From a bacterium (GTDB taxonomy: Bacteria; UBA8248): 64,000 nt of DNA. A program made the translations under genes and the position numbers. Below, in pieces: positions 28,909-39,300 of this stretch (the first letter of the stretch is position 1; the number at the start of each line of letters is the position of its first letter). Below the pieces are notes generated by a model. It did no database searches and was not told the origin of the DNA. It saw only the letters and a program-made list of their open reading frames with translations. The DNA lies in contig OZ241875.1 of assembly GCA_965203325.1 (NCBI GenBank), positions 2,144,001-2,208,000 on the forward strand, given 5' to 3'.

Positions 28909-29406
28909 CTAGCCATCCAATATCTTGTTCCACTCTGCAATTCTGTCTTTTTGCGCTTCGAACAACTCGGAGGTGTCGCCCTCTATCTCGACTCTCTCAA
29001 TCCCGTCGCCCTGCTCAATCGCATCCACCACCTCCTGACCGGAAGTGACGCGTCCAAAAACGGTATGATTGCCGTCGAGCCAGGCGGTGGGCACGTGCGT
29101 TATGAAAAACTGAGAACCGTTGGTGCCCGGGCCTGCGTTCGCCATCGAAAGAACGCCCGGACCGTCATGGGGAAGATCGGGCGAACATTCATCCTCGAAC
29201 TGATAGCCGGGACCACCCGTGCCCGCGCCCAAAGGGCAGCCACCCTGAATCATGAAATCAGAGATCACACGGTGAAAAACAAGGCCATCGTAGAAACCAC
29301 GCTTCGCGAGGTTCGCAAAACTGGCCACAGTCACCGGGGTTTTGTCTTCATGCAAATCGAGCCGTATTTCACCCCGGCTCGTCGTGATTACTGCGGAAAG
29401 CGCCAT
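28909..29406 (-). CDS. Cyclophilin-type peptidyl-prolyl cis-trans isomerase
   Basis: [30 protein letters not shown] and LDGNHTVFG. Confidence 0.96.
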   Translation of the reverse strand: MALSAVITTSRGEIRLDLHEDKTPVTVASFANLAKRGFYDGLVFHRVISDFMIQGGCPLGAGTGGPGYQFEDECSPDLPHDGPGVLSMANAGPGTNGSQFFITHVPTAWLDGNHTVFGRVTSGQEVVDAIEQGDGIERVEIEGDTSELFEAQKDRIAEWNKILDG

Positions 29407-29524
29407 GAATTGCTCCTTTAGAATACTTGTGGGCAAAAAACACATCGTCACTCATAGCTGCACAAATGATGAACCTCATGGTGACGGCGAAGCGTAACAG
29501 AACCATCTTTTCGGGTCTAAGGCC

Positions 29525-30538
29525 TTACGGGTTTCCCTTCAACCCGAAAACCTCCGCCAAAAGTTCATAGGATTTCACTCTGGCCTCGAAGCTGTACATC
29601 ACATTCACGACGACGAGTTCCTCGACTTTATGCTCTGAAGCCAGTACCTGAAGCTTTTCCTTGACCTGCTCCGGATCTCCCGCGATGGTTCTGCTGTCGA
29701 TATCCTCAGCAAAGGCGCGCTCCATGTTCGTCCATGGATAGGCGAGCGCCTCCTCGGGCGTAGGTACGCCTCCTCCCTCGCCACGGCGGCTTCTGAGCAT
29801 GACCAGAGGCCTGCTGGCTGCATGGTAGAGCGCTTCTTCTTCGCTCGGCGCGCAAATCACAAAAACCGCCAGACTTCCCGCGGGCTCTTTCCACTTGGCC
29901 GATGGACGAAAATCCCTCCGGTACATATCCATGACCTGGACGCTGCCATACGCGTTGATGAAATGGGCGAATGAAAAAGCGCAACCGAAATGCGCGGCGA
30001 GAATCGCGCTTTGGTCCGAGGTTCCCAAGAGCCACATTTCGGGCGCCGTCTCTCCGGTGGGCATGGCGCGTATCCGGGCGAAGGGGTGGTCCTCCGGCAA
30101 CGACCCATCAATCCAACCTCGAAGGTCAGAGACTTTTTGCGGGAAATCATCGTAGCGAAAACCACTCTGCTCAGGCGCCAAAGCCGCAGACGTGAGCCTG
30201 TCGGCTCCGGGGGCGCGGCCCAAACCCAAATCGATGCGGCCCGGATAGAGCGTCTCCAGCACCCGGAACGATTCGGCCACCTTGAGCGCGCTGTAGTGAC
30301 TGAGCATGACCCCGCCCGAGCCCACGCGAATCGTCTCAGTCTTCGCGGCGATTTGGCCGATCAAGACTTCCGGTGAAGTGCCCGCGAACGCCCCGTGGCT
30401 GTGATGTTCCGCCAGCCAGTAGCGGTAATAGCCCAGGCGTTCGGCGGCTTGCGCCAACTGGACGGTCTCACTGATGGCGTCCGCCGCCGTTCCTCCCGAA
30501 CGGATGGGAGATTGATCCAAAACGCTTAAACGAATCAT
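29525..30538 (-). CDS. LLM-class luciferase-like oxidoreductase (group 1)
   Basis: LSVLDQSP, YWLAEHH, GSGGVML.HYS.LKVAE and GRIDLGLGRAPG. Confidence 0.93.
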   Translation of the reverse strand: MIRLSVLDQSPIRSGGTAADAISETVQLAQAAERLGYYRYWLAEHHSHGAFAGTSPEVLIGQIAAKTETIRVGSGGVMLSHYSALKVAESFRVLETLYPGRIDLGLGRAPGADRLTSAALAPEQSGFRYDDFPQKVSDLRGWIDGSLPEDHPFARIRAMPTGETAPEMWLLGTSDQSAILAAHFGCAFSFAHFINAYGSVQVMDMYRRDFRPSAKWKEPAGSLAVFVICAPSEEEALYHAASRPLVMLRSRRGEGGGVPTPEEALAYPWTNMERAFAEDIDSRTIAGDPEQVKEKLQVLASEHKVEELVVVNVMYSFEARVKSYELLAEVFGLKGNP

Positions 30539-30579
30539 CTATTCGAAAACCACTTGAAAGGAGAATGTTGGGGAAAATT

Positions 30580-31227
30580 TTATTTCTGAACCGATTTTAC
30601 CTGAATATATTCTTCGAGATGAATCACACCCTTTGTTCCACGAATAATCTGGAGGACCAAATTCTTTTCAAGTTCCGTTCTTGCACGGCCGATTACATAG
30701 ACCTTGTTTCTCATGGACTGCCAGCGGTAATTCGTGGAATTCACGCCCTCTGCCGTCAAAAGTTGACCCTTGAGCTTGGCTTCTATCCACGCATCGCTGG
30801 CAATCCGGCTGAGCTTGACGATATCGCGTTCTACGGCCGGTTTCGTCTTCGCCGCCGCACGGTTGCGTTCGACCTCGTCCGAAGAGCCGAGAAGGATATG
30901 ATTATATATAGCCTTGATTCTGGGGTCGCCCCTCGCAATACTCAAAACAGCTTCTCGCTTTCTCTCCGCATCCACCACGCCGGTCAACAACACCCTTCCT
31001 TCCCACACGTCCGTATTCACGTCGACAGGCAAACCACTGTCCACACGCAAATACTCTTGCAATAAATTCGCATGTATTTTCGCATCTTCAAGCTGCTGGT
31101 TCAGAGAGCGGTCCTCAAAGGCGCTCTTTATACCCTTTTGGGCGACCATAAACGCTCCGGGCACACATCCATTTACCCATAGTGGCAAAAACGCGATAAT
31201 GAAGATGAACCTGTTGAATTTACTCAA
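30580..31227 (-). CDS. Double-BON-domain lipoprotein (DolP/OsmY-like)
   Basis: Lipobox VNGC and two BON-like repeats (GRVLLTGVV; DAWIEAKLK...VYVIG). Confidence 0.8.
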   Translation of the reverse strand: MSKFNRFIFIIAFLPLWVNGCVPGAFMVAQKGIKSAFEDRSLNQQLEDAKIHANLLQEYLRVDSGLPVDVNTDVWEGRVLLTGVVDAERKREAVLSIARGDPRIKAIYNHILLGSSDEVERNRAAAKTKPAVERDIVKLSRIASDAWIEAKLKGQLLTAEGVNSTNYRWQSMRNKVYVIGRARTELEKNLVLQIIRGTKGVIHLEEYIQVKSVQK

Positions 31228-31459
31228 GAGTTCCCCTGGAGGGCGAAGTGGAACAAAAGCACCTTTATTTTGCCTCTAGACTTGAGCAGAGGCAACCACC
31301 AGGAAAACGAAAATCCTTCTAAAGCTTCCGCGCCATTATCGAAACCATTCCGCTTTTTCAATTGCAATACTTTTTGAGAAAAAGCATCATGTGTCCATTC
31401 ATGAATCAATCGCCACACCATCCAATGTTCATAAGGTTCTTCTTCGCTCAGGAGAAAAT

Positions 31460-31660
31460 ATGCCGATTTCAGAGGATTCGCTAATATCCCGGTGTGAAGA
31501 CGTGTTCGGTGATTCACTCGACTCCGAGCGCCGCGCCGTCATCATCGCCACAATGGAAAACATGGAAAAAGGAAATCCACAATTAGTGGAAAACCTATCA
31601 CCAAAAACAGAACCTGCCGGACACTCCGGATTCTTGCGCTCCCTCACGAGGGAGAAATAA
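31460..31660 (+). CDS. Small hypothetical protein, probable amidase partner subunit
   Basis: AGGAG RBS before ATG 31460, 66 aa with TEPA near the C-terminus. Its stop lies 1 nt before the amidase TTG. Confidence 0.6.
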   Translation: MPISEDSLISRCEDVFGDSLDSERRAVIIATMENMEKGNPQLVENLSPKTEPAGHSGFLRSLTREK

Positions 31661-31661
31661 A

Positions 31662-33074
31662 TTGGCCGATATCCTCACGACCCTCACCGCTGCAGAAATC
31701 GCCGCACGAATCAAAGAGAGAACTATCAGCGCCGCCGAAGTCACCGAGGCGCATCTGGAACGCTCTGAGAAAATCGGGGAGGCTTTGAACTCCTGGATCA
31801 AGCTCGATTCGGAAGGAGCGATGAAGGCGGCGCAAGAAGTGGACGCCGCCATCTCCCGAGGTGACAACCCGGGGACCATGGCCGGGGCGCCGATAGGACT
31901 GAAAGACTTGATCGATATGGAGGGCCTGCCGACCACGGCGGGCAGCATCATCGACAAAGAAAACGTCGCGGACTCAGATGCTTTGCTGGCCCGAAAAATA
32001 CGCCGCGCCGGCGGCGTGATACTCGGAAAACTCAACCTGCATGAATTCGCATTTGGTCCCACCGGGCACAACCCCCATTACGGAGATCAGAAAAACCCGT
32101 GGGATACCCAGCGGGTCACGGGCGGGTCGAGCGGCGGTTCGGGCAACAGCGTGGCGACGGGCCAGGTTTCCATCGCCATCGGCTCCGATACGGGTGGGTC
32201 TATTCGGATTCCCGCATCCTTGTGCGGCGTCATCGGGCATAAACCCACGCATGGCCTTGTCACGAAATCAAACTGCGCGCCGTTGTCGTGGTCGCTCGAT
32301 TCTTTCGGACCATTGGCGAGGTCCGCCCGGGACTGCGCGCTCATGATGTCCGCCATCGCGGGACACGACCCGGCCGACGCCTCATCCATCGCCTGTGAGC
32401 CGCCCGACTTCATGGGGGCGCTGAGCAAACCCATCGAAGAATTCCGCATCGGCCACGCGCGAGAATACTATGAGCAACGCTCGGAACCTCCCGTGGCGGA
32501 AGCGGTGAACAATCTGGCCAAGACGCTTCAGGAAATGGGCGCCAAAGTTGTCGATATTGAAATACCCGATGTCGAAACCGCGTTTCATGCGGCGGCCGTG
32601 CTGATGGTATCCGAAGCGGCGGCCGTGCATGAAAAAAACATAAGAGAAAAAGCGCAAGATTTTGATCCCGCGGTTCTTGAGAGAATCAGGCCCGGTTTTT
32701 TCATCTCCGCCACATCGTATATCCAGGCGCTTCGATTCAGGGAGCAATGGACGAAGCAAATCTGCAAAGAGGTATACGGCCAGGTAGACCTCGTTCTCTC
32801 CGCCGCCACGCCGGTCCCCGCCGCTTTGCACTCTCAGTCGACCGGAACAGTTCGTGGGAAAGAAGTCGAGATTCGAACGCTCATGATCTCCTTGACAAGG
32901 CTTTGGAATTTCCTCGGCGGGCCGTCCACCGCGTTTCCATCGGGCATGAGCGAGGAGGGTCTGCCGCTTGGCGCGCAAATTATGGGCGCGCCTTTTGCAG
33001 ACCACCATACGCTGGCGTTCGTGCATCAACTCGAAAAAATGGGTGTGGTGAAAGTGGAAACGCCGCCTCTGTAG
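31662..33074 (+). CDS. Amidase signature family enzyme
   Basis: PIGLKD, GKLNLHEFAFG, GGSSGGS and GSDTGGSIRIPASLCG (Lys-Ser-Ser triad). Confidence 0.94.
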   Translation: MADILTTLTAAEIAARIKERTISAAEVTEAHLERSEKIGEALNSWIKLDSEGAMKAAQEVDAAISRGDNPGTMAGAPIGLKDLIDMEGLPTTAGSIIDKENVADSDALLARKIRRAGGVILGKLNLHEFAFGPTGHNPHYGDQKNPWDTQRVTGGSSGGSGNSVATGQVSIAIGSDTGGSIRIPASLCGVIGHKPTHGLVTKSNCAPLSWSLDSFGPLARSARDCALMMSAIAGHDPADASSIACEPPDFMGALSKPIEEFRIGHAREYYEQRSEPPVAEAVNNLAKTLQEMGAKVVDIEIPDVETAFHAAAVLMVSEAAAVHEKNIREKAQDFDPAVLERIRPGFFISATSYIQALRFREQWTKQICKEVYGQVDLVLSAATPVPAALHSQSTGTVRGKEVEIRTLMISLTRLWNFLGGPSTAFPSGMSEEGLPLGAQIMGAPFADHHTLAFVHQLEKMGVVKVETPPL

Positions 33075-33089
33075 CTCAGAGGCGCCGAT

Positions 33090-34346
33090 CTACTCCGGCC
33101 TGGATCCGTCCGGGCCCATCGGAAATTTCTCACAAAGCGAACGTACGTCTTCCCTCACCGAGGCGATACGCGCTTCATCCGTAATATCGGCCAGCACGTC
33201 GGCTATCCAGCCGCCCACGACTTTCATCTCGGCCTCTTTCATGTGGCGCGAAGTCAACGCGGGCGTCCCGACGCGGATCCCGCTCGTGAAAGCCGGTTTT
33301 CTGGTGTCGAAAGGAATCGCGTTCTTATTCACCGTGATTCCCGCCTGGCCCAAGGCGGCTTCCGCCTTCTTGCCGCTGAAACCGGCCTCGCGCAGATCGA
33401 GTAGAATCAGGTGATTGTCCGTGCCGCCCGAGACGAGATGGATGCCGCGTTCCAAGAGTGCATTCGCAAGCGCCTTTGCATTTTTCACAATCTGCTCTGA
33501 ATAGGCCCTGAACTCCGGGGTGCTTGCCTCCTTGAACGCCACCGCCTTGGCCGCGACGACGTGCATCAAGGGTCCGCCTTGAAGGCCGGGGAAAACAGCT
33601 TTATTCATCTCGGTCGCGTAGTCTTCGTCGCAAAGAATCATCCCGCCGCGAGGACCCCGGAGCGTCTTGTGCGTCGTGGTGGTTACAATCTGCGCATGGC
33701 CCGCAGGGCTGGAATGCGCGCCGCCCGCGACCAGCCCCGCAACGTGGGCAATATCCGCCATCACCACGGCGCCCACTTCATCTGCAATCTCCCTGAAGCG
33801 CGCATAATCGATCGCCCGCGGATATGCGCTCGCCCCCACGACGATGATTTTGGGACGGTGCTCCTTTGCCTGGCTTTCCACTTCGTCGAAATCGATGACG
33901 TGGTTTTCGGGATCCACGCCATACGCCACCACCTTGAACCACCGCCCCGAGAAAGTGACGGGGTGCCCATGGGTCAGGTGGCCGCCATGCGAGAGGTTCA
34001 TCCCCAAAAGCGTATCGCCCGGCTCCAGCAGGCCGTAATACACCGCGGCGTTCGCCTGGGCGCCGCTGTGCGGCTGCACGGAAGCATGATCCATACCGAA
34101 AAGAGACTTCGCCCGCTCGATGGCGAGGGATTCGGCCACATCCACGAACTGACACCCGCCATAGTAGCGTCTTCCCGGAAATCCCTCCGCATATTTGTTC
34201 GTCATCACGCCGCCTACCGCCTCCATCACCGCTTTGCTCACGTAGTTCTCCGAAGCGATGAGTTCGAGCTCGTCCGCCTGGCGTTCTCTTTCATCTTCCA
34301 TGGCGGCGAAAATATCGGGATCTCTCAGCGAAAGTGCCGATGACAT
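33090..34346 (-). CDS. glyA: Serine hydroxymethyltransferase
   Basis: [29 protein letters not shown] and PLP lysine motif [14 protein letters not shown]. Confidence 0.98.
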   Translation of the reverse strand: MSSALSLRDPDIFAAMEDERERQADELELIASENYVSKAVMEAVGGVMTNKYAEGFPGRRYYGGCQFVDVAESLAIERAKSLFGMDHASVQPHSGAQANAAVYYGLLEPGDTLLGMNLSHGGHLTHGHPVTFSGRWFKVVAYGVDPENHVIDFDEVESQAKEHRPKIIVVGASAYPRAIDYARFREIADEVGAVVMADIAHVAGLVAGGAHSSPAGHAQIVTTTTHKTLRGPRGGMILCDEDYATEMNKAVFPGLQGGPLMHVVAAKAVAFKEASTPEFRAYSEQIVKNAKALANALLERGIHLVSGGTDNHLILLDLREAGFSGKKAEAALGQAGITVNKNAIPFDTRKPAFTSGIRVGTPALTSRHMKEAEMKVVGGWIADVLADITDEARIASVREDVRSLCEKFPMGPDGSRPE

Positions 34347-34411
34347 CGAGTGGGACCTCCAGACTTTTTATTCAGGCGTGGGGAATGTTACGGAACATCT
34401 CGGGCGAATTG

Positions 34412-34440
34412 AAGCTAACAAACCGACCTCGGGACGTCAA
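34412..34440 (-). promoter_or_regulatory. Putative sigma70 promoter of glyA
   Basis: TTGACG-N17-TAGCTT with an extended TG, about 65 nt upstream of the start. Confidence 0.55.
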
Positions 34441-34515
34441 TATCAAATGACAAATGTGCCATCATGACGCAAAAGGTATAATGACATTCAGAAACTTCAC
34501 GAAAAGGAATGGATA

Positions 34516-34980
34516 ATGCCGAATGAAACCGATGATTTGCTCGACATCTCCTCGGATGGAGTGCCCAGGACAGCGCTTCCGCCTGAACCGGAAGAACTCG
34601 GCGCGCTGGATTCGCTTTGCGATGCCATTTTATCGAGCGAAGAAAACCGCGGGCTCTATATGGAGAAACTGCAAAGTCTGGTGGCGCGCCATCCGGACGC
34701 CCTATCCGGCTGGGTGGCCATGGGGTGGATTGCGCTTGCAAACGAAGAGACGATTAGCGCATACGCCTACTTTCGGGTCGCCTATCACAGGGGGCTGGAC
34801 AAGGCCCGCGCCTCGGGCTGGCGCGGCGATGGGCGCATCCCATGGGAAATCCCCGCCAATCAACCGTTTTTGCGCGCCATTCATGGCTTGGCGCAATGCG
34901 CCGACGCCATCGGAGAATCCGCCGAGGCGAAACGCTGCAGTGAATTTTTAGGAATGCTCGACCCGAATCATCCGTTTTAA
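34516..34980 (+). CDS. DUF3151 family protein
   Basis: AYAYFRVAYHRGLD..R..GWRG.G.IPW...NQPFLR...GE..E..RC..FL...DP matches the DUF3151 pattern as I recall it. Confidence 0.8.
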   Translation: MPNETDDLLDISSDGVPRTALPPEPEELGALDSLCDAILSSEENRGLYMEKLQSLVARHPDALSGWVAMGWIALANEETISAYAYFRVAYHRGLDKARASGWRGDGRIPWEIPANQPFLRAIHGLAQCADAIGESAEAKRCSEFLGMLDPNHPF

Positions 34981-35095
34981 TACGGCGTTTTCTTCATACG
35001 ATGTGCGGAACCTGAGAAGAATGTCTGCGAAGCGCCTGATCACTACGCCGATACCAAAAAATTAAAAATATCAATCCTCTGGATGAACTTTCCGC

Positions 35096-35422
35096 TCATC
35101 CCCCCATGTACTGTCCCATCAAGAGGACGAGGTCTCCCTCTTTCATCTCGGAATCGAGCGTGTGGTGTATGCCCAGGAGCGCATCGTTCACGGCAATTTC
35201 GAGGTGTTCGGCCAGCTGGCCGGTTCCGTTGTGCCAAAGCGCTTCATCCAGAGACCTGTAGCGTCGGCTCATCTTTTTGAGGACGTCGCGAAGCGTAGCG
35301 CCTTCGGGAACCTCCTCATCGAAAACCTTGCGCTCGTTCCCGTCACCGCCCACGAAAGTCGACGCCCAGGAGATGAACTCCAGCCGGACGCGAATCGCCT
35401 TGACGCTTTTCGTCTCGTTCAT
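35096..35422 (-). CDS. MoaD/ThiS family sulfur carrier
   Basis: Beta-grasp size, IAVND, EGDLV and C-terminal GG. Last gene of the AOR operon. Confidence 0.85.
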   Translation of the reverse strand: MNETKSVKAIRVRLEFISWASTFVGGDGNERKVFDEEVPEGATLRDVLKKMSRRYRSLDEALWHNGTGQLAEHLEIAVNDALLGIHHTLDSEMKEGDLVLLMGQYMGG

Positions 35423-35449
35423 CGCGTCATCTCCTGTCTCCAAGGTGAG

Positions 35450-37321
35450 CTATACGTTCGCACCCCATAGGGCCTCAGCGACATCTTCCAGATCGAGTTC
35501 ACGCAAAAGCTCGGGCTTGGGGCGACCCGTTTCCCTGTCGTAGCCGGTCGTCTCGTACCATATATCGAGCATCTTCTCCCATTGATCCATTATCGAGACA
35601 CCCGCTATCGGCCCATCCACCGGTGTGGAACCGTATCGCTTGGATGGTTTCTCGACCTCAGGCCCGATACCGCAGCGCAAGTTGAACGCGCGCATCAAGG
35701 CGTTGATGCGCCGGCCGGTCTGCATCGCTTCATCCTTGTCCACGTCCCATCCGGTAGCCGCCTGAATGGATCGGCACAAAACGTCCATCGGCGCGCGCGT
35801 AGTAAAGACGCACGCTCCCAGGGAATCCTCATACGCGCGTCGTCCCCTGAGGCCGCCCACATGCTTGGGCACCTCTACCGCGTCCTGGGGGTGCACACGC
35901 GCGGGAAGGCCGTAATCCGTCGGGAACACCGGGGGAGCCGTATCCATCGTTCCGCCCGAACCCGTGCAGGTATCGATCATCTCCTCCCAGCGGGAGCGGT
36001 GATCGTGCCCCCTCGGAGAATTGCCGACTTCCGTGTAAATGGCGCAATCCTGCGCCTCGCCGCCGAGTTTCTCCGCCGCGAGCTTCGTTCCCTCGGCCAG
36101 CAGGTCGCCCATGCCCTCGCGCTTGCAGATCATCTCGAGCAACCTGTTCGCCCCGTCGATATCGCCCCACTCCAGGCGGAAGCCGAGGTCCTGATCCGTG
36201 ATATAGCCTTTTTGCTGGCACTCCATCACCCAGCCGCAGAGCCAGCCGAACTCGTTCACGTCCACACAGGCGCGATCGAGCTGGGTGTTCATCCAGGTGA
36301 CCTGTTGCGGGTCCGTGGCGCCAATCGTCCAGCCTGCGCCCGACCAGCCCTCGTACTCGGGCTCATCCACCACCTGTCCCTTATAGGGGCCGGAGGAGAT
36401 GACCTGCATGTGGCAATGGTGCATGCCGCACGCACTGCACTGATGGCCCCGGTGGTCGAAACCCTCGCGCAGTCCGTTGGCCTCCCATTGCTTCGTTTCG
36501 ACTTCCTCGGGCCATACGTTCGTCGTGTAGTTACGAATCGGGAGCGCCCCCATGCCCTGTAAGTTCCGGACGCCGCCGAGAGTGCCATACAGGTACAAGC
36601 CCTTGGTCGAGGGATCGGTCTGGAGGCTGTGGGCGATGTCGTCCGCCGCGGCGAAGAGCGCCTTGGGATGGGCGGCGGCGACTCCCTTCGTTCCGCGCTC
36701 GATGGCCACCGCCTTCACCTTTTTCTTGCCCATGACGGCGCCGCAGCCGTTCTTGCTCGCCACGTGGCCGTAATCGCCCTGTATGGCGGAGAAGCGCACG
36801 AGGTTCTCGCCCGCAGGCCCGATGCTGTAGACGCTCAAATTGTGGCCGCTCAGATTCAGCGTCTTCTCGAGCGATTGCTGCGTCTCCCATGTGTCCTGGC
36901 CCAGCAACCCGGAGGCGTCGCGAAGCTCCACCCCGTCATCGCGAATGTGGAGATAGACCCAATCGGGCGATTCTCCCTGGAACACGATGGCGTCATAGCC
37001 GCAATACTTGATGTTCGCGCCGAAAAAACCGTTCGCCTGGGTGTTGGTCGCGCCGTTGGTCATCGCGCCCCGCGTCACCACGGTAAGTCCGCCCGTCCCC
37101 CAGACCGGCAGACCCGCCAGAGGGCCCGTGGCCAGAACGAGCCGGTTCTCGGGATGATCCCAACCCACCTCGGGCGGCACTTCCTCCCACAAAATCTTGG
37201 CGCCCAAGCCCGCGCCGCCCACCCATTTCCTACGGTCGGCGGCTTCGAATTTCTCACCCCAGGTCTTCCCGCTCGAGAGATCGACCCGGAGGATTTCTCC
37301 TGCATATGCGTAATCAGTCAA
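35450..37321 (-). CDS. Aldehyde:ferredoxin oxidoreductase family (W-dependent) catalytic subunit
   Basis: ILRVDLS, IGPAGENLV, GAVMGKKKVKA, CSACGMHHC, EPEYE, RGHDH and DSLGAC. Confidence 0.93.
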   Translation of the reverse strand: MTDYAYAGEILRVDLSSGKTWGEKFEAADRRKWVGGAGLGAKILWEEVPPEVGWDHPENRLVLATGPLAGLPVWGTGGLTVVTRGAMTNGATNTQANGFFGANIKYCGYDAIVFQGESPDWVYLHIRDDGVELRDASGLLGQDTWETQQSLEKTLNLSGHNLSVYSIGPAGENLVRFSAIQGDYGHVASKNGCGAVMGKKKVKAVAIERGTKGVAAAHPKALFAAADDIAHSLQTDPSTKGLYLYGTLGGVRNLQGMGALPIRNYTTNVWPEEVETKQWEANGLREGFDHRGHQCSACGMHHCHMQVISSGPYKGQVVDEPEYEGWSGAGWTIGATDPQQVTWMNTQLDRACVDVNEFGWLCGWVMECQQKGYITDQDLGFRLEWGDIDGANRLLEMICKREGMGDLLAEGTKLAAEKLGGEAQDCAIYTEVGNSPRGHDHRSRWEEMIDTCTGSGGTMDTAPPVFPTDYGLPARVHPQDAVEVPKHVGGLRGRRAYEDSLGACVFTTRAPMDVLCRSIQAATGWDVDKDEAMQTGRRINALMRAFNLRCGIGPEVEKPSKRYGSTPVDGPIAGVSIMDQWEKMLDIWYETTGYDRETGRPKPELLRELDLEDVAEALWGANV

Positions 37322-37338
37322 GGCATCGACCCCCTTGT

Positions 37339-38661
37339 TTATGAAGAAATGGCTATTTCATGCGCAGATATCGACGGACGCCCCAAAACGGTTTCCGGCA
37401 ACAAGCCACCTGCAGCGCCCGAGGCCAGGAATGCACGCTTCACGTCGAATGGGTTCTCGCGCAAATGCTCTTTCCACTCCGAGATGTCCACCCCCGTATA
37501 CACGAGGCCCTTTAGCATCCCCACGTCGTTCGTCGTCCAGATTTCCCGGGTTTTGCCCAGGATGATCGCCCCCGTCAGCCTCCCGCCGTGGAACAGGAGC
37601 TTTCTGTAGGCGGGCCGCTCCGCACGCACGGCCTCGAAGACCTCGGCGTCCGGGTCGTCCCAGGCGCCGAAGCTCGCTATCTCCATATCGAGAACGTCCA
37701 CGATGTTCATGAGCAGACTGCCCTTGTAGGCGACCTCCTGGCCGGCCATGTTGGCCGCCGCCACACGGCCATGCTGCATGGCGGTGGGCTCGATGGCGTG
37801 CACGACCTGCCCGCCCGTGACGGCGTCGGGGCCTTCCGCGATATCTCCCGCCGCGTAGATGTTCGCCACGTTCGTACGACAATGCTCGTCCACCAGAATT
37901 CCCTGGTTGGTCTCGAGGCCGCTGTCCGCCACCCAATCGATATTGGGCTTGATGCCCGTGGCCATGATGACCAGATCGACCTCCAGATCGGGACCTTCTT
38001 TGAATTTGAGGAGTTTGGCGCCTTCTTTGTCCTCGATGGAGGTCACTTGCGTCGAGGTCCTCACTTCCACGCCCCGGTCGTTCAGCCAATCCTGAACGAT
38101 TCCGGCGCCCGTATCGTCTATCATGCGCGGCAGGATGCGCGATTCGAGTTCCACGACGGTGAGCTTCACGCCCTGATTCACCAGAGCGTTCAGAATCGTG
38201 AAGGCGATGAATCCCGCGCCGATCATCGCGACGCGGGCGCCTTCGCCTACGCCGGACGCCACGGCGCGCGCCTGGGGAAACGTCCAGAAGCTGTGCACGT
38301 TCTTCCCGTCCGCACCGGGCACGGGGGCTTTCACAGCAGAGGAGCCAGTGGCGATCAAGAGGTTGTCGTATTCAATCTCATCGCCCCCCTCGAGGATGAG
38401 CTTGCCCGCGGATGCGTCGATTCTCTCGGCCCGTGCGCCGAGCCTCGCATCCACATTCAACGCGGCGAGCTTCGGAGGTGAGGCAATGTAGACGTGTGAT
38501 TCCGCGATGTCGCGCGCCAGATAATACGGCAACACCATCCGCGAATACGGCGTCTCGTCCGCGACGAGGACGATCTCGGACTCGCCTTTATCCAGTTCCC
38601 TGAGTGTGGTGATGGCGTTCCAGCCGGCGGTTCCGCCGCCCACGATGACGTGTCTGGCCAT
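37339..38661 (-). CDS. FAD/NAD(P)-dependent oxidoreductase subunit
   Basis: VGGGTAG, LIATGS, IGAGFIA, ATGIKPN and YAAGD. Confidence 0.9.
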   Translation of the reverse strand: MARHVIVGGGTAGWNAITTLRELDKGESEIVLVADETPYSRMVLPYYLARDIAESHVYIASPPKLAALNVDARLGARAERIDASAGKLILEGGDEIEYDNLLIATGSSAVKAPVPGADGKNVHSFWTFPQARAVASGVGEGARVAMIGAGFIAFTILNALVNQGVKLTVVELESRILPRMIDDTGAGIVQDWLNDRGVEVRTSTQVTSIEDKEGAKLLKFKEGPDLEVDLVIMATGIKPNIDWVADSGLETNQGILVDEHCRTNVANIYAAGDIAEGPDAVTGGQVVHAIEPTAMQHGRVAAANMAGQEVAYKGSLLMNIVDVLDMEIASFGAWDDPDAEVFEAVRAERPAYRKLLFHGGRLTGAIILGKTREIWTTNDVGMLKGLVYTGVDISEWKEHLRENPFDVKRAFLASGAAGGLLPETVLGRPSISAHEIAISS

Positions 38662-38663
38662 AA

Positions 38664-39143
38664 TCAGAGCACCCCCGCAAGCGGTCCGGCGGGTGATTTC
38701 GCCCGCTCCGCGGCAAAGGGCCCGACCCAGTCGGTCTTATCGGCCTCCTCAAAAACGATCGCGTCGGTAGGGCATACGGACGCGCACGCGGGATTCCCGC
38801 CGCACAAGTCGCACTTGAACGCCTTGTGGGTATCGATGTCGTAGAACATCGTTCCATAGGGACACGCGATGGTGCAGAGCTTGCAGCCCACGCAAATGTC
38901 ATCCGCCACGTCTTTCGCCCCGGCCGGCGAGATGCCGATCGCCTCGACCGGACACGCCGTCAGACACCATGCCTCGTCACACTGCGGACAGGTATAAGGC
39001 GCATAGCTCGTATGGCCCTCGAAAGCAGAAACCCGGATTACCGCTTTCGAGGGCTGAAACGTCCCCGTCTGCTCGTATGAGCAAGCGAGTTCGCAACGCA
39101 TGCAACCCGTACATTTTTCGGGAATGATCTTGAGTATTTTCAT
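38664..39143 (-). CDS. 4Fe-4S dicluster ferredoxin subunit (AorA-like)
   Basis: CxxCxxCxxxC, CxxC...CP, CVGCKLCTIACPYG and KCDLC....PAC...CP. Confidence 0.93.
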   Translation of the reverse strand: MKILKIIPEKCTGCMRCELACSYEQTGTFQPSKAVIRVSAFEGHTSYAPYTCPQCDEAWCLTACPVEAIGISPAGAKDVADDICVGCKLCTIACPYGTMFYDIDTHKAFKCDLCGGNPACASVCPTDAIVFEEADKTDWVGPFAAERAKSPAGPLAGVL

Positions 39144-39300
39144 CGCGCCCCCACGATTTTCTGGTAGGGTTTCCCGCACCGCATCTCACGAATTTTGATG
39201 CGGAAAACACATCTTTGGAATGATCAAGACGCTTTCATTCTCGCAGAGACGGACAACTCGGGTCAAACGAAAATCCCGATTTTTGAGCGCGCGCATGGAT

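Noticed and set aside
31662..33074. gatA assignment
   Set aside because: No adjacent gatB, and NLHEFAFG rather than the GatA-type N(M/L)DEFAMG.
34347..34411. Riboswitch (ZTP/THF/glycine) upstream of glyA
   Set aside because: The leader is short, with only a small hairpin, and I see no recognisable consensus.
22250..39143. Selenocysteine or programmed read-through in the Mo/W enzymes
   Set aside because: Both ORFs are full length with no in-frame TGA.
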